Assembly (NCBI GenBank): GCA_023257935.1
Contig: JALRAZ010000454.1
Span: forward strand, 3,214 to 67,213
Length of the DNA stretch: 64,000 bases
DNA from: Verrucomicrobiota bacterium
GTDB lineage: Bacteria > Verrucomicrobiota > Verrucomicrobiia > Limisphaerales > AAA164-E04
Direction: 5' to 3'
The notes below the pieces were generated by a model that saw nothing but the letters and a program-made list of their open reading frames with translations, was not told where the DNA came from and made no database searches. Position 1 is the stretch's first letter. Every line of letters begins with the position of its first letter. The position numbers and the translations under genes are program-made. Positions 53,539-63,600 of this stretch are shown here, piece by piece.

Positions 53539-54867
53539 ATGAAACACGAATATGTTGAGCGAGTGGTCAACCTCATCGACCCCCAGTCACATCGCCTACA
53601 CAACATGAACCTGCAGGAGGCTACTGAGCGTGTTCTCTCAGGAAAGCCTGATGCGGTGAGGCAGATTGATGGTTCCTTCGCCTTGCTAGCTAAAGAAGAG
53701 AAAACCGTGCGCATGGCTCGATCCATGGACCGTCCCATGAGGTATTTTCTGGCTAAACGCGCCGAAGGACCAGCGCTGATCGTTGCCGATCGCATGGATA
53801 AGATTGCTGACTGGCTCAAGGCCGAAGGACTGGATGACCAATTTCATCCGAGCTATACCAGAATGGTACCCGCCCACTATGTGGTTGAAATTCAGCTTGT
53901 TGGATGCCCTGACCCCGACCCCGTCTACACCCGCTATTTTGATCCTCAGAAAAACACGCAACCGGGAAATCTTGACATCATCGGCCAGCACTACATTGGC
54001 GCCTTAGCCGAGGCAATCCAGAAATGGATTGCCAGTTTGCCTCCAGCTGAGCCAATCGGAGTCTGTTTTTCAGGGGGTATTGACAGTGGTGCGGTCTTCC
54101 TGACCACCCATCATGTCATGCAAAAGATGGGCACCCCTTTGACACGTCTCAAGGCATTCACCTTGAACTTGGGAGGGGGAGCCGATGCACAGCAAGCGCG
54201 CTCATTTCTCTCGAAGACAGGCCATACGCTGTTTTTGGAAGAAATCCAGGCATCCTTGGATGAGCTTCAGGTGGAGGAAATCCTGCGAACCATCGAAGAC
54301 TATAAACCGCTTGATGTGGAGTGCGCAGCCATGGGCATGCTACTGCATCGCTCTATCAGAAAGCAGTATCCTGACTGGAAGTTTCTTATTGATGGTGACG
54401 GTGGGGATGAAAACCTCAAGGATTACCCCATCGAGGATAACCCCGAGCTAACCATCCGCAGTGTCCTGCATAACCAAATGCTTTATCACGAAGGATGGGG
54501 CGTCGGCAAAATCAAGCACTCACTGACCTACAGCGGCGGACTGAGCCGTTCCTATACCCGAACCTACGCACCGGCACAAAGTTTGGGGTTTGAAGGATTC
54601 AGCCCTTTCACACGCCCAGAAGTGATTGCCGTGTCAGAGGGGATACCCTACATCGACCTCACTGATTATCAGCACGGAAGGCTGTATGACCTCAAGGGTT
54701 CCATCGTGTCCAGAGGAGTGAAGGCAATCACCGGCATAGACATGCCGGTTTTCGAGAAGCGGCGTTTTCAGCATGGCGCTATAGCGCCTGAGAGACTCAG
54801 GGAAGCGATCACCCATCAAGAACCTCTACTTAGGAGGCGTTTCCACGCCCTCTATGAAGGTTCTTGA
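53539..54867 (+). CDS. Asparagine-synthetase-family ATP-pyrophosphatase lacking the N-terminal glutaminase nucleophile
   Basis: PP-loop: GVCFSGGIDSGAV (SGGxDS). The sequence begins MKHEY, so the Cys2 of class-II amidotransferases is absent. Only a roughly 130-aa remnant of the Ntn domain is present (DGSFALLAKEEKTVRMARSMDRPMRYF). Confidence 0.75.
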   Translation: MKHEYVERVVNLIDPQSHRLHNMNLQEATERVLSGKPDAVRQIDGSFALLAKEEKTVRMARSMDRPMRYFLAKRAEGPALIVADRMDKIADWLKAEGLDDQFHPSYTRMVPAHYVVEIQLVGCPDPDPVYTRYFDPQKNTQPGNLDIIGQHYIGALAEAIQKWIASLPPAEPIGVCFSGGIDSGAVFLTTHHVMQKMGTPLTRLKAFTLNLGGGADAQQARSFLSKTGHTLFLEEIQASLDELQVEEILRTIEDYKPLDVECAAMGMLLHRSIRKQYPDWKFLIDGDGGDENLKDYPIEDNPELTIRSVLHNQMLYHEGWGVGKIKHSLTYSGGLSRSYTRTYAPAQSLGFEGFSPFTRPEVIAVSEGIPYIDLTDYQHGRLYDLKGSIVSRGVKAITGIDMPVFEKRRFQHGAIAPERLREAITHQEPLLRRRFHALYEGS

Positions 54868-54945
54868 TGCAGAGGTTGTCTTGGCTTCGGTGGGGGATCG
54901 GAGTTTATATGGGCCTCCCTCAGCACCTCGCGCAGCCGTCTTAAG

Positions 54946-55704
54946 TTAGCTTTGATTCCATGCAGATTTCACGACTGCAGCAGCGTAATCACGATTCATC
55001 CTTGAGATGAAATCCAAGCTGATTTCTTTAGGACAAGCGGCCTCGCAGGAACCGGTAACCGTACAATTTCCAAATCCTTCCTTGTCCATTTGATTAACCA
55101 TAGCCAACACCCTTCGATCTTTTTCAACCTTGCCTTGGGGCAAGACGCCTAAGTGTGACACTTTGGCTGAGACAAACAACATGGCCGAGGCGTTCTTGCA
55201 TGCAGCCACACACGCCCCGCATCCAATGCACTGAGCCGCATCCATAGCGGTATCCGCATCAGGTTTGGGTATTGGGATAGCATTGGCATCGGGCGCACCT
55301 CCGGTGCTAGCCGAAATAAAACCACCGGACTGAATGATCCGATCAAAGGCAGAACGATCCACCCTGAGGTCTCTGATGACTGGGAATGGCTTGGCCCGCC
55401 AAGGCTCGATCGTTATGGTTTCACCATCGTTAAAGTGCCTCATGTGTAATTGACACGCCGTGGTTGCCTTTTGCTCACCGTGCGGGGCTCCGTTAATCAC
55501 CACCGAACACGTACCGCAAATTCCCTCTCGACAGTCTGAATCAAAGGCAATCGGCTCTTGCCCCTCTGTCATCAGGGACTCATTGACCACGTCCAACATT
55601 TCAAGGAAGGACATGTCCTGACTGATGCCCTTGGCTTGATAACTCACGAATTGGCCAGGCTCATCGGCATTTTTCTGCCGCCATACTTTCAGGGTCAGAT
55701 TCAT
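54946..55704 (-). CDS. sdhB: Succinate dehydrogenase / fumarate reductase iron-sulfur subunit
   Basis: Three cluster motifs: [20 protein letters not shown] and [12 protein letters not shown]. The ATG shares one nucleotide with the sdhA stop (TAATG at 55702-55706). Confidence 0.93.
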   Translation of the reverse strand: MNLTLKVWRQKNADEPGQFVSYQAKGISQDMSFLEMLDVVNESLMTEGQEPIAFDSDCREGICGTCSVVINGAPHGEQKATTACQLHMRHFNDGETITIEPWRAKPFPVIRDLRVDRSAFDRIIQSGGFISASTGGAPDANAIPIPKPDADTAMDAAQCIGCGACVAACKNASAMLFVSAKVSHLGVLPQGKVEKDRRVLAMVNQMDKEGFGNCTVTGSCEAACPKEISLDFISRMNRDYAAAVVKSAWNQS

Positions 55705-57617
55705 TATTTGTAGCTACGTTGCGTCATTTTGACTTCCTGGTAATCCAGGGCCTCTTTGTGAAGGGCTGGTGCCTTGTCTTCTCCTTGGTGCTCCCAGGCG
55801 GCGACATAAGCGAAATCCTCATCGTTGCGTAAAGCTTCACCATCCTCGGTCTGGTATTCGGTTCGAAAATGACCGCCACATGACTCCTCTCGATGCAAGG
55901 CATCTCGGCATAACAATTCGGCGAATTCCATGAAGTCAGCCACCCGAGAGGCCTGCTCGAGTGCCACATTGACCCCCTTAGCCTCTCCTGGGACACTGAC
56001 ATTGTGCCAAAATTCTTCCCTGAGTTTGGGGATGGTCGCAATCGCTTCTTCGAGCCCGGCACGATCACGAGCCATGCCACATTTTTCCCATACCAGGCGA
56101 CCAAGCTCCCAGTGCATGGAACGAATGGATCGGTTTCCTTTGATGGACAAGAGACGATCGATTCTAGCCTTGGCCTGAGTTTCGCTGTGACCAAAGGCAT
56201 CGTGGGTGGTGGAAGGCTTGTGCTGAGTATGGGAAGCAAAATAGTGACCGATGGTGTAAGGGATAACGAAATACCCATCTGCCAACCCTTGCATGAGGGC
56301 ACTGGCACCCAGGCGGTTAGCCCCATGATCCGAAAAATTAGCCTCCCCCAGAACAAACAACCCCGGCACGTTGCTCATCAGGTTGTAGTCGACCCAGAGA
56401 CCACCCATGGTGTAGTGCGGGGCCGGATAGATACGCATGGGCTGACGGTAGGCGTTCTCACCGGTGATACGCTCATACATATCGAATAGATTGCCGTATT
56501 TTTCACGCACCGAAGGTTCACCCATCCGCTTGATGGAGTCCGCAAAATCTAGGTAGACACCGTAACCGGTAGGCCCCACGCCTAATCCGGCATCACAGGC
56601 CTCCTTGGCTGCCCTCGAAGCAATGTCGCGCGGAGCGAGATTGCCGAAACTTGGGTATTTGCGCTCCAGGAAGTAATCTCGCTCACCTTCAGGAATGTCC
56701 CAAGGTTTGCGCTGATCGCCAGACTTCAGGGGAACCCATACACGCCCGTCATTACGCAGTGATTCGGACATCAGGGTCAATTTGGACTGATGGTCGCCAC
56801 TGACTGGGATGCATGTCGGATGGATTTGAGTGTAACAGGGATTTGCGAAATGAGCCCCTTGCTTGTGAGCCCGGTATGCAGCCGTCACGTTGCAACCCAC
56901 TGCATTGGTGGAGAGATAAAATACCGGACAATACCCACCGGTAGCCAGAACCACTGCGTCGGCGGCATGTCGGCTCAATGCGCCGGTGTTGAGATCACGC
57001 ACAATGATCCCTTTGGCGTGGCCATCGACGAGCACCAGCTCCTGGAACTCTGTGCGAGGGAACATTTGAACTTTCCCAAGGCCAATTTGCCGGCTGAGCG
57101 CTTGGTAGGCGCCTAGCAACAATTGCTGCCCTGTCTGCCCTCGAGCATAGAATGTGCGCGAAACCTGGGCCCCACCAAATGAACGGTTGGCAAGATAGCC
57201 ACTGTATTCACGGGCGAATGGAACGCCTTGAGCTGCGCATTGATCAATGATGTTGCGGCTGATTTCGGCAAGGCGATGAACATTGGCCTCTCGAGCACGA
57301 AAATCCCCTCCCTTGATGGTGTCGTAAAACAGCCGGTGAACACTGTCACCGTCATTTTGGTAGTTCTTGGCAGCGTTAATACCGCCCTGAGCAGCGATGC
57401 TGTGGGCTCGCCGTGGGCTATCCTGATAGCAGAAGCATTTGACCTGATACCCCAACTCGGCAAGGGTGGCTGAAGCAGAGGCCCCAGCGAGACCTGAGCC
57501 CACGACGATGACTTCGAATTTGCGTTTGTTGGCAGGGTTAACGAGCTTGAGATCAAACTTGTGTCGCTCCCATTTACTGGCCAGAGGACCAGAAGGAATC
57601 TTTGAGTCTGGTAACAT
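55704..57617 (-). CDS. sdhA: Succinate dehydrogenase / fumarate reductase flavoprotein subunit
   Basis: FAD-binding motif [11 protein letters not shown]. Covalent-FAD histidine context [14 protein letters not shown]. Also HYTMGG. 637 aa. Confidence 0.95.
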   Translation of the reverse strand: MLPDSKIPSGPLASKWERHKFDLKLVNPANKRKFEVIVVGSGLAGASASATLAELGYQVKCFCYQDSPRRAHSIAAQGGINAAKNYQNDGDSVHRLFYDTIKGGDFRAREANVHRLAEISRNIIDQCAAQGVPFAREYSGYLANRSFGGAQVSRTFYARGQTGQQLLLGAYQALSRQIGLGKVQMFPRTEFQELVLVDGHAKGIIVRDLNTGALSRHAADAVVLATGGYCPVFYLSTNAVGCNVTAAYRAHKQGAHFANPCYTQIHPTCIPVSGDHQSKLTLMSESLRNDGRVWVPLKSGDQRKPWDIPEGERDYFLERKYPSFGNLAPRDIASRAAKEACDAGLGVGPTGYGVYLDFADSIKRMGEPSVREKYGNLFDMYERITGENAYRQPMRIYPAPHYTMGGLWVDYNLMSNVPGLFVLGEANFSDHGANRLGASALMQGLADGYFVIPYTIGHYFASHTQHKPSTTHDAFGHSETQAKARIDRLLSIKGNRSIRSMHWELGRLVWEKCGMARDRAGLEEAIATIPKLREEFWHNVSVPGEAKGVNVALEQASRVADFMEFAELLCRDALHREESCGGHFRTEYQTEDGEALRNDEDFAYVAAWEHQGEDKAPALHKEALDYQEVKMTQRSYK

Positions 57618-57620
57618 AAT

Positions 57621-58292
57621 TCAGAGAACCTCCTTTCCGAAACCCAACAGGACAGCCGTGGGTATGGAAACGTTGCCAACGAATATCAACCAACCCAGAA
57701 CAAGCGCAAGCGACTGAAACCAATGACGGAATCGTCCCGTGCTCAGGCCCAGTGATTGAAAAAGGCTTTGGAAGCCGTGACTGAGGTGAATAGCAAGTAG
57801 TGTATTAGCCAAGATGTAAAACCCAGCGCTAAGAGGGTGACTGAAGCTGAGAATCACCATTTTATAAATGTCATGTCGCCCACTCTCATCCACACCTTTG
57901 AATTCGGGAGTGATCGTAAAATCGAATAGGTGGTAAACAATGAAACTCAAAACGATCAAACCACTCCAAATCATGGTTCTTGACGCGAACGAAGCAGTCG
58001 AACGTGTGACTTGGTAGGCGACAGGCCTGGCGCGGCGATTTTCACGCACTAAGGCAATCGCAGACCAGATATGCAGGCCGACACAAGCCAGCAAGCCAAT
58101 CCTAGCAGCCCAAAGCAACTTCGGCATTGATTTCAAAAAAGCGCCGTAAGCGTTGATTTTTTCCTGCCCGAGAAAAATCTGCAGATTGCCAACCATGTGA
58201 CCAACCACAAATCCAACTAGAGCAAGACCCGACAATCCCATGATGAACTTCTTTCCTAAGGATGATCGGAAGATAGCGTGATAAATATTCAT
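57621..58292 (-). CDS. sdhC: Succinate:quinone oxidoreductase dihaem cytochrome b membrane subunit (single-subunit, 5-TM type)
   Basis: The ATG at 58292 gives MNIYHAIFRSSLGKKFIMGLSG. Five predicted TM helices carry conserved His residues (VGHMVGN, GLHIWSA, VYHLFDF, AIHLSHG). No second small anchor gene is present. Confidence 0.8.
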   Translation of the reverse strand: MNIYHAIFRSSLGKKFIMGLSGLALVGFVVGHMVGNLQIFLGQEKINAYGAFLKSMPKLLWAARIGLLACVGLHIWSAIALVRENRRARPVAYQVTRSTASFASRTMIWSGLIVLSFIVYHLFDFTITPEFKGVDESGRHDIYKMVILSFSHPLSAGFYILANTLLAIHLSHGFQSLFQSLGLSTGRFRHWFQSLALVLGWLIFVGNVSIPTAVLLGFGKEVL

Positions 58293-58411
58293 ATCTTTCA
58301 ACCAGATTGGTGAGGGACAGAACACGATTTACTATTGTGAAGAGCCCCATGTCCCGAAGATTAGATATAAGACCGCCTTGTAAAAGTCAAATACTCCGCA
58401 TATTAATAAGC

Positions 58412-58426
58412 TTAACTAATAGTTAA
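58412..58426. promoter_or_regulatory. Perfect 15-bp palindrome upstream of sdhCAB (operator candidate)
   Basis: ttaacta-a-tagttaa lies in the AT-rich 208-bp gap, about 120 nt upstream of the sdhC ATG. A TTGACT -35-like hexamer lies between the palindrome and the gene on the minus strand. Confidence 0.3.
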
Positions 58427-58500
58427 CATAACACAGAGGTATTGAGCGTGCCGTTTGATTGAGAAGAAAGGCCTCTAGCTCAAAAAGAGGCAGAAACAAA

Positions 58501-59202
58501 TCACAGCCAAGCCTCAGCGATACGGTTCTCAAGTTCTCTCAAATCCGAGAGCGAATGAAGATCGGAAGGCTTATCTCGATCGATCAGCAGGGATCGCATC
58601 CCCACCTGCCGGGCACCCTCAAAATCTTCTGAAGGTTGATCCCCTACAAAAAGAATCCTCTCGGGAGGGATACCAAGTTTTGCGATAGCGTGCTCGAAAA
58701 TGACCGGTGAGGGTTTTTCAAAGCCAACTTCACATGAGACCCCTACCCATTCAAAAAAAACATCCAGCCTCAACGCCGACAGGAGGGGTTTGAGCCTCTG
58801 ATCCCAGTTTGAAATGATCCCAAGGCGGAACCCGCGGTCGGCAAGCATGTCCAGTGTGGGCAAGGTGTCTTGATGTATTTTCCAAGCGCTCGCATGCTCA
58901 AATCGGCGATAAAGAGACGGAAACAGTTCACGAATGGCTTTTGCCTCCAATTCACCCTCAAAAGCTTGGGTGACCACCCTCAGCCAATCTTCTTGGCGGT
59001 AATGAAAATCGCCCTTGCTTTGCCAGGCTGCTTGAAACTGTTGGTCAATGCGTTGCTCATCAAGGGTTCCGAAGCCCTCTTGCCTGGCAATCTGCGCGTA
59101 GGTTTTGCCAACTGACTCCCGGGGTAGGATCAGCGTGCCTCCGACATCGAAGAGCACAGCATCGATGCGCAAGGGGGTTGGATTGAATGATGGGTTGGAC
59201 AA
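58501..59202 (-). CDS. HAD-superfamily hydrolase (subfamily IA)
   Basis: Motif I is DAVLFDVGGTL, motif II is GIISNWD, and motif IV is FVGDQPSEDFEGA. The start is TTG in the track with no nearby ATG, so the exact start is uncertain. Confidence 0.8.
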   Translation of the reverse strand: MSNPSFNPTPLRIDAVLFDVGGTLILPRESVGKTYAQIARQEGFGTLDEQRIDQQFQAAWQSKGDFHYRQEDWLRVVTQAFEGELEAKAIRELFPSLYRRFEHASAWKIHQDTLPTLDMLADRGFRLGIISNWDQRLKPLLSALRLDVFFEWVGVSCEVGFEKPSPVIFEHAIAKLGIPPERILFVGDQPSEDFEGARQVGMRSLLIDRDKPSDLHSLSDLRELENRIAEAWL

Positions 59203-59427
59203 TAAGAAATTAATTATCCCAACAAGAGGCCTGCTTCAAGCCGATTCCCAGTCATCAGAAAGCCTCTGGCTGGAGATTAGCCGGGATCATCGGCTGGCTT
59301 GAGTGGGCCTGATTGCAGGAAAGTAGGTTCCATCATGCACACTCTCCTCAAAATCATTGAGTGTATATCACCTGGGTTCTTGGCTCTGCGCTTGCCCGCC
59401 CGGTGCCTGTTAAAGCATGATGACTGC

Positions 59428-60675
59428 ATGCTGTCCATTTTCAATAGGATCGGTTGCCTTGCACTTGTTTGCATCAGTCCTGGCATGCTTGAGGCAGCCA
59501 AGGATTGGCCTCAATTCATGGGGCCATATCGAAACGGCTCGAATAACGAGCAGCAGCTGACTACCAACTGGCAACTTCATGCCCCCAAAAAGAGCTGGTC
59601 TAAGCAGGTTGGCAGTGGATTCAGCGGCCCCGTCATCCTCGATTCAAAAGTTTTTTTGTTTCATCGAATTGAAAACCAAGACCACCTTGATTGCTTCTCA
59701 CTGGCCTCAGGAGAGCGCCTTTGGAGGACGAGCTACCCAACTCGATATCGCGATCGCTTTGGGTTTGATGATGGTCCCAGGGCAACCCCGGCAGCTGACC
59801 AGGAGCGCATTTACCTGATGAGTGCCACAGGCACCATACGGGCAGTCGGCCTCCAGCAGGGGGAGGAACTCTGGACCTTACCGGCAGAGGATAAATGGGA
59901 AATGGATCAAGGATTTTTTGGGAAAGCACCTTCACCCATTATTTTGGATCAATCAGTCATTTTCATACTGGGGGCAAAACCTAACGCAGGGGTTGTGGCA
60001 CTGAATAAAGAAGACGGGGCCGTCCTCTGGTCAACCCTCTCAGAGGATGCTGATTATGCTTCCCCTGTCATCCAAGCCGGGGTGGATCACCCCTGGCTTT
60101 GGGTGTGGATGCGAGATCATCTACACCGTTTGGATCCCAACCTAGGCATGATAACCCAGTCCATCCGGTGGCGCTCCAGCATGAACGCCGCTGTCAACGC
60201 GGCCTCACCGCTTGTCATTCCGGAGGGACTTTTCGTTTCGGCCAGTTATGGAACTGGGGCTGTGCTATTGAAAGAGCATGGAGCAAAGTGGGAGCCGCAA
60301 TGGTCAGGGGATAACCAAATGTCAAATCATTACGCTCATTGTGTTTACCAGGATGGTTTCCTTTTCGGTTTCCATGGCAGACAAGAGCATGGCCCCGAAT
60401 TGCGTTGCATCCAAGCCAACACCGGAACCATTAAGTGGCAGGTAGCGGACCTCGGTGCGGGCTCACTCATCCTTGCCGATGGATACCTCCTTGTGCTGCT
60501 GGAAAGCGGCGAACTTGTTTTGGCTGAAGCCCAATCTGAGAGCTGGAAGGTATTAGGAAGAAAACAGATCTTACCGTCGGGAGTCCGTGCCTTCCCTGCC
60601 CTGGCCGATGGCCGATTGGTAGCACGGAGTCCTGAGCAGATGGTAGCCTACGATCTGCGCAAAACCAATCCATGA
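59428..60675 (+). CDS. Secreted PQQ-like / BamB-like beta-propeller repeat protein
   Basis: DWPQFMGPYRNGS is followed by repeated W-x-motif blades (LWRT, LWTL, LWST, KWQV). The ATG at 59428 gives the signal-like MLSIFNRIGCLALVCISPGMLEA. Upstream in-frame alternatives are ATG 59335 and TTG 59299. Confidence 0.75.
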   Translation: MLSIFNRIGCLALVCISPGMLEAAKDWPQFMGPYRNGSNNEQQLTTNWQLHAPKKSWSKQVGSGFSGPVILDSKVFLFHRIENQDHLDCFSLASGERLWRTSYPTRYRDRFGFDDGPRATPAADQERIYLMSATGTIRAVGLQQGEELWTLPAEDKWEMDQGFFGKAPSPIILDQSVIFILGAKPNAGVVALNKEDGAVLWSTLSEDADYASPVIQAGVDHPWLWVWMRDHLHRLDPNLGMITQSIRWRSSMNAAVNAASPLVIPEGLFVSASYGTGAVLLKEHGAKWEPQWSGDNQMSNHYAHCVYQDGFLFGFHGRQEHGPELRCIQANTGTIKWQVADLGAGSLILADGYLLVLLESGELVLAEAQSESWKVLGRKQILPSGVRAFPALADGRLVARSPEQMVAYDLRKTNP

Positions 60676-63600
60676 CTCAACCCCAGGTTCAAGGCGCTAC
60701 TTTTTCGCATATTAATCTACTGCTTGGTCCAGCCGGCAGTGGGAAAACACATCATTGCCTGGAAGCCATCCGCTCAAAGCTCAAGGCAGATCCAGAAGGA
60801 CCCCCTCTCCTTCTCATCACCCCGCGACAAGCCACTTTTCAGATGGAGGCTGGCCTACTGAAAGACCCAGAACTCAATGGCTTCACCCGCCTACAGATCT
60901 TATCCTTCCCTCGTCTGGCAGATTTCATCCTTGGAACTCTCAGGCCTCGACATCAGGCATGCATTTCGGAGGAAGGAAGGGTCATGGTCATGCGCTCCAT
61001 CCTCAATCGCTGTGAATCTCAGCTGAAGCTCTTCGGATCGAGCACGGGGCAACCAGGTCTCGCCGCTGAAGTCAGTCAAGCCATTCGGCAATGCCAACAT
61101 CAGGGCATTCAACTCTCACAGCTTCGTCAACTCGCAGAGCGCCCTGATATCACCCCGACCCAGGCAGGCAAATTACATGACCTCGCCCTCATCCATGAGC
61201 ATTACCATCAATGGCTTGGCGAACAAGGGCTATTGGATGCGGATCAGTTGCTCGATCTTGCCACCGAGGCTCTCAAGGAACAATTGCGCCGGCAGCCACG
61301 TGATCGAACCTTCATGCTCGAGGGACTCTGGCTTGATGGCTTTGCTTCGCTGAGCCCGCAAGAACGCAGCATGCTCAAACAACTGGTTCTTCTCAGCCAA
61401 CAGACGACTCTTGCTTTCTGCGCCGACTCTTTCCCAGAACCAAAACGACACCTTTTTTCTATTTGGCTGCCTGTGCATGAAACCATCCGAGCTTGCCTGA
61501 ACGAAGTGTGTCATCAGGACGGCATCAAAACAGAACATATCGTGCTGCCAAGATGCCCAGAGCGCGGTCGTTTCAAGGCATCACCCATGCTCTCTTGGCT
61601 CGAGTCATCCTGGACGCGCCCAACAGCTTTTCCCGGAGCAGGGCCAGAAGCCACCAAGGATAAGCAATGGAACCAACTGGAACTCGGACTCCCGCAGGGG
61701 GCCACATCGGACACCCAGGCCAGCATTGAACTCGTCGATTGCGCTAGCCCTGAAGATGAAATCGCCTGGGCGGCCCGAAGGATCCTGGATGAAGTCCAGC
61801 ACAAGGGGCTCCGATTCAACCAAATAGCCGTACTCCTACGTTCGCTCGATGGTTATCAGGAACCTCTGCTAAATCAATTTAGCCGACTGGGGATACCATG
61901 CTTCATTGACCAACGTCAGCCCATACACCACCACCCTCTGGTAGCGATGACCCGCTCCGTGTTGCGGCTTCTAGCTTATGGATGGCAACAAGAGGATTGG
62001 TTCACCTATCTTAAAAGTGGCTTGATCCCCCTACCCATGGAGCGCATCGACACCCTTGAATCTGCGGCCATTGAATACGGTTGGAGGGGTGCGGACTGGT
62101 GGACACCTCTCCGCGGTCAATTCGGCGATGAGTCACAAATGGAAGAGGACAGGCTGGCCTTGATTGAACCCTTCAAGCTCATGCCCACCCTTCGTTGCTA
62201 TACTTCGGGCAGCCTACCTCACATGATGCCATGCAATGGTCCACAGCTAGTCCAAGCCATCAGATGTCTGTGGGACGCCCTCGACTTACAAACAAGGATT
62301 GAGTCGTGGGATGCTCTGGGCACTGAGAAGGGACCACAACATCCAGATTTTCACCAGCGAGTTTTGGAATCCATGGAAACACTCCTGGCAAACCTGGAAA
62401 TGGCATTCGCTGAGAGCCCTCTACCCATTTCACAGTGGGCAACCATTCTGGAGTCAGGGACTTCCATATTGAGTATTGGGGTAGTCCCTCCATCAATCGA
62501 TCAGGTCATGGTTGGAGCGATTGATCGGTCGCGGCAATCAGAACTTTCAACCGTCATTTTATTGGGGGTCAATGAATCGATCTTCCCTGCCAGGCCGGGC
62601 ATGGAGGGGATCTGGGATACCGCTGACTGCCAGCTTTTCAGATCAGAAGGTGTTGAGATTGGAAGAGACCCTCGCATGGAGCTGGCCTTAGAACGTTTTC
62701 TGGCCTACATCGCCTGCACTCGGGCTGATAAAAAACTCCTCATCAGTCATGCCAGAATGAATGCAAGAGGCGACATACTTCGCCCCTCTGTGATCATCCA
62801 TCACTTGCAACGGATGTTCCCGAATCTGGAGCTGCAAAAGCTTAATCCAACCATCACCGCTGAGCAGGCCATGCATGAGCGAGAGCTTCTTGGCACGGAT
62901 GATTTCTGGCGCTGGCGTCGAGCCAATCCTGACAGGTATCCCCCCAAAAAGGGATCCCTACTTGAGGCAACCAGTGATTGGGTCCGTAATCAGACCAGTC
63001 ACCATGCCAATCCTGAAGGAAAACTCGATCCCTGGTTAGCATCATGGCTACATGGCAGAAGCCAAGCAAAGCCCGAGCTCAAAACCTCAATCACGAGCAT
63101 TGAAGCCTTCGCCCAGTGTCCTTTCCGCTACTTCCTGCAAACAGGCTTGAAGGTTCGAGAGCAAGTGACGTTCGAATTGGATGCTCGCAGATTGGGGACC
63201 TTTCAACACGCACTGCTCGAATCTTTTCACCTTTCATTGAGGCAGGAGAAACGCCTGTGGCATGAGCTATCAGTCAAGGAAGCCAAGCAGCGTCTTGAGC
63301 AGTTGGCTACTGAAACCATGCTTGAGTTCCATCAAGGACTCATTCGGGATAGCGCTTCGAATCAACTGATCGCAGCCTCCATGAGCCAAACCCTTGGGCA
63401 CCTCATTGGCATCCTCATTGAGTGGATGCAAACCTACCGCTTTGAGCCCAGCAGGGTGGAACTCAAGTTTGGAGGCCAGGATGCTCCCCTGCCAGCCTGG
63501 AAACTGCCACTCGATGGACAGGCTTCCATGGTGATCCGTGGGGTTATTGATCGACTCGATCTTTGCGATATGCAAGGGGACCAAACTCTGGCTGTGGTGA

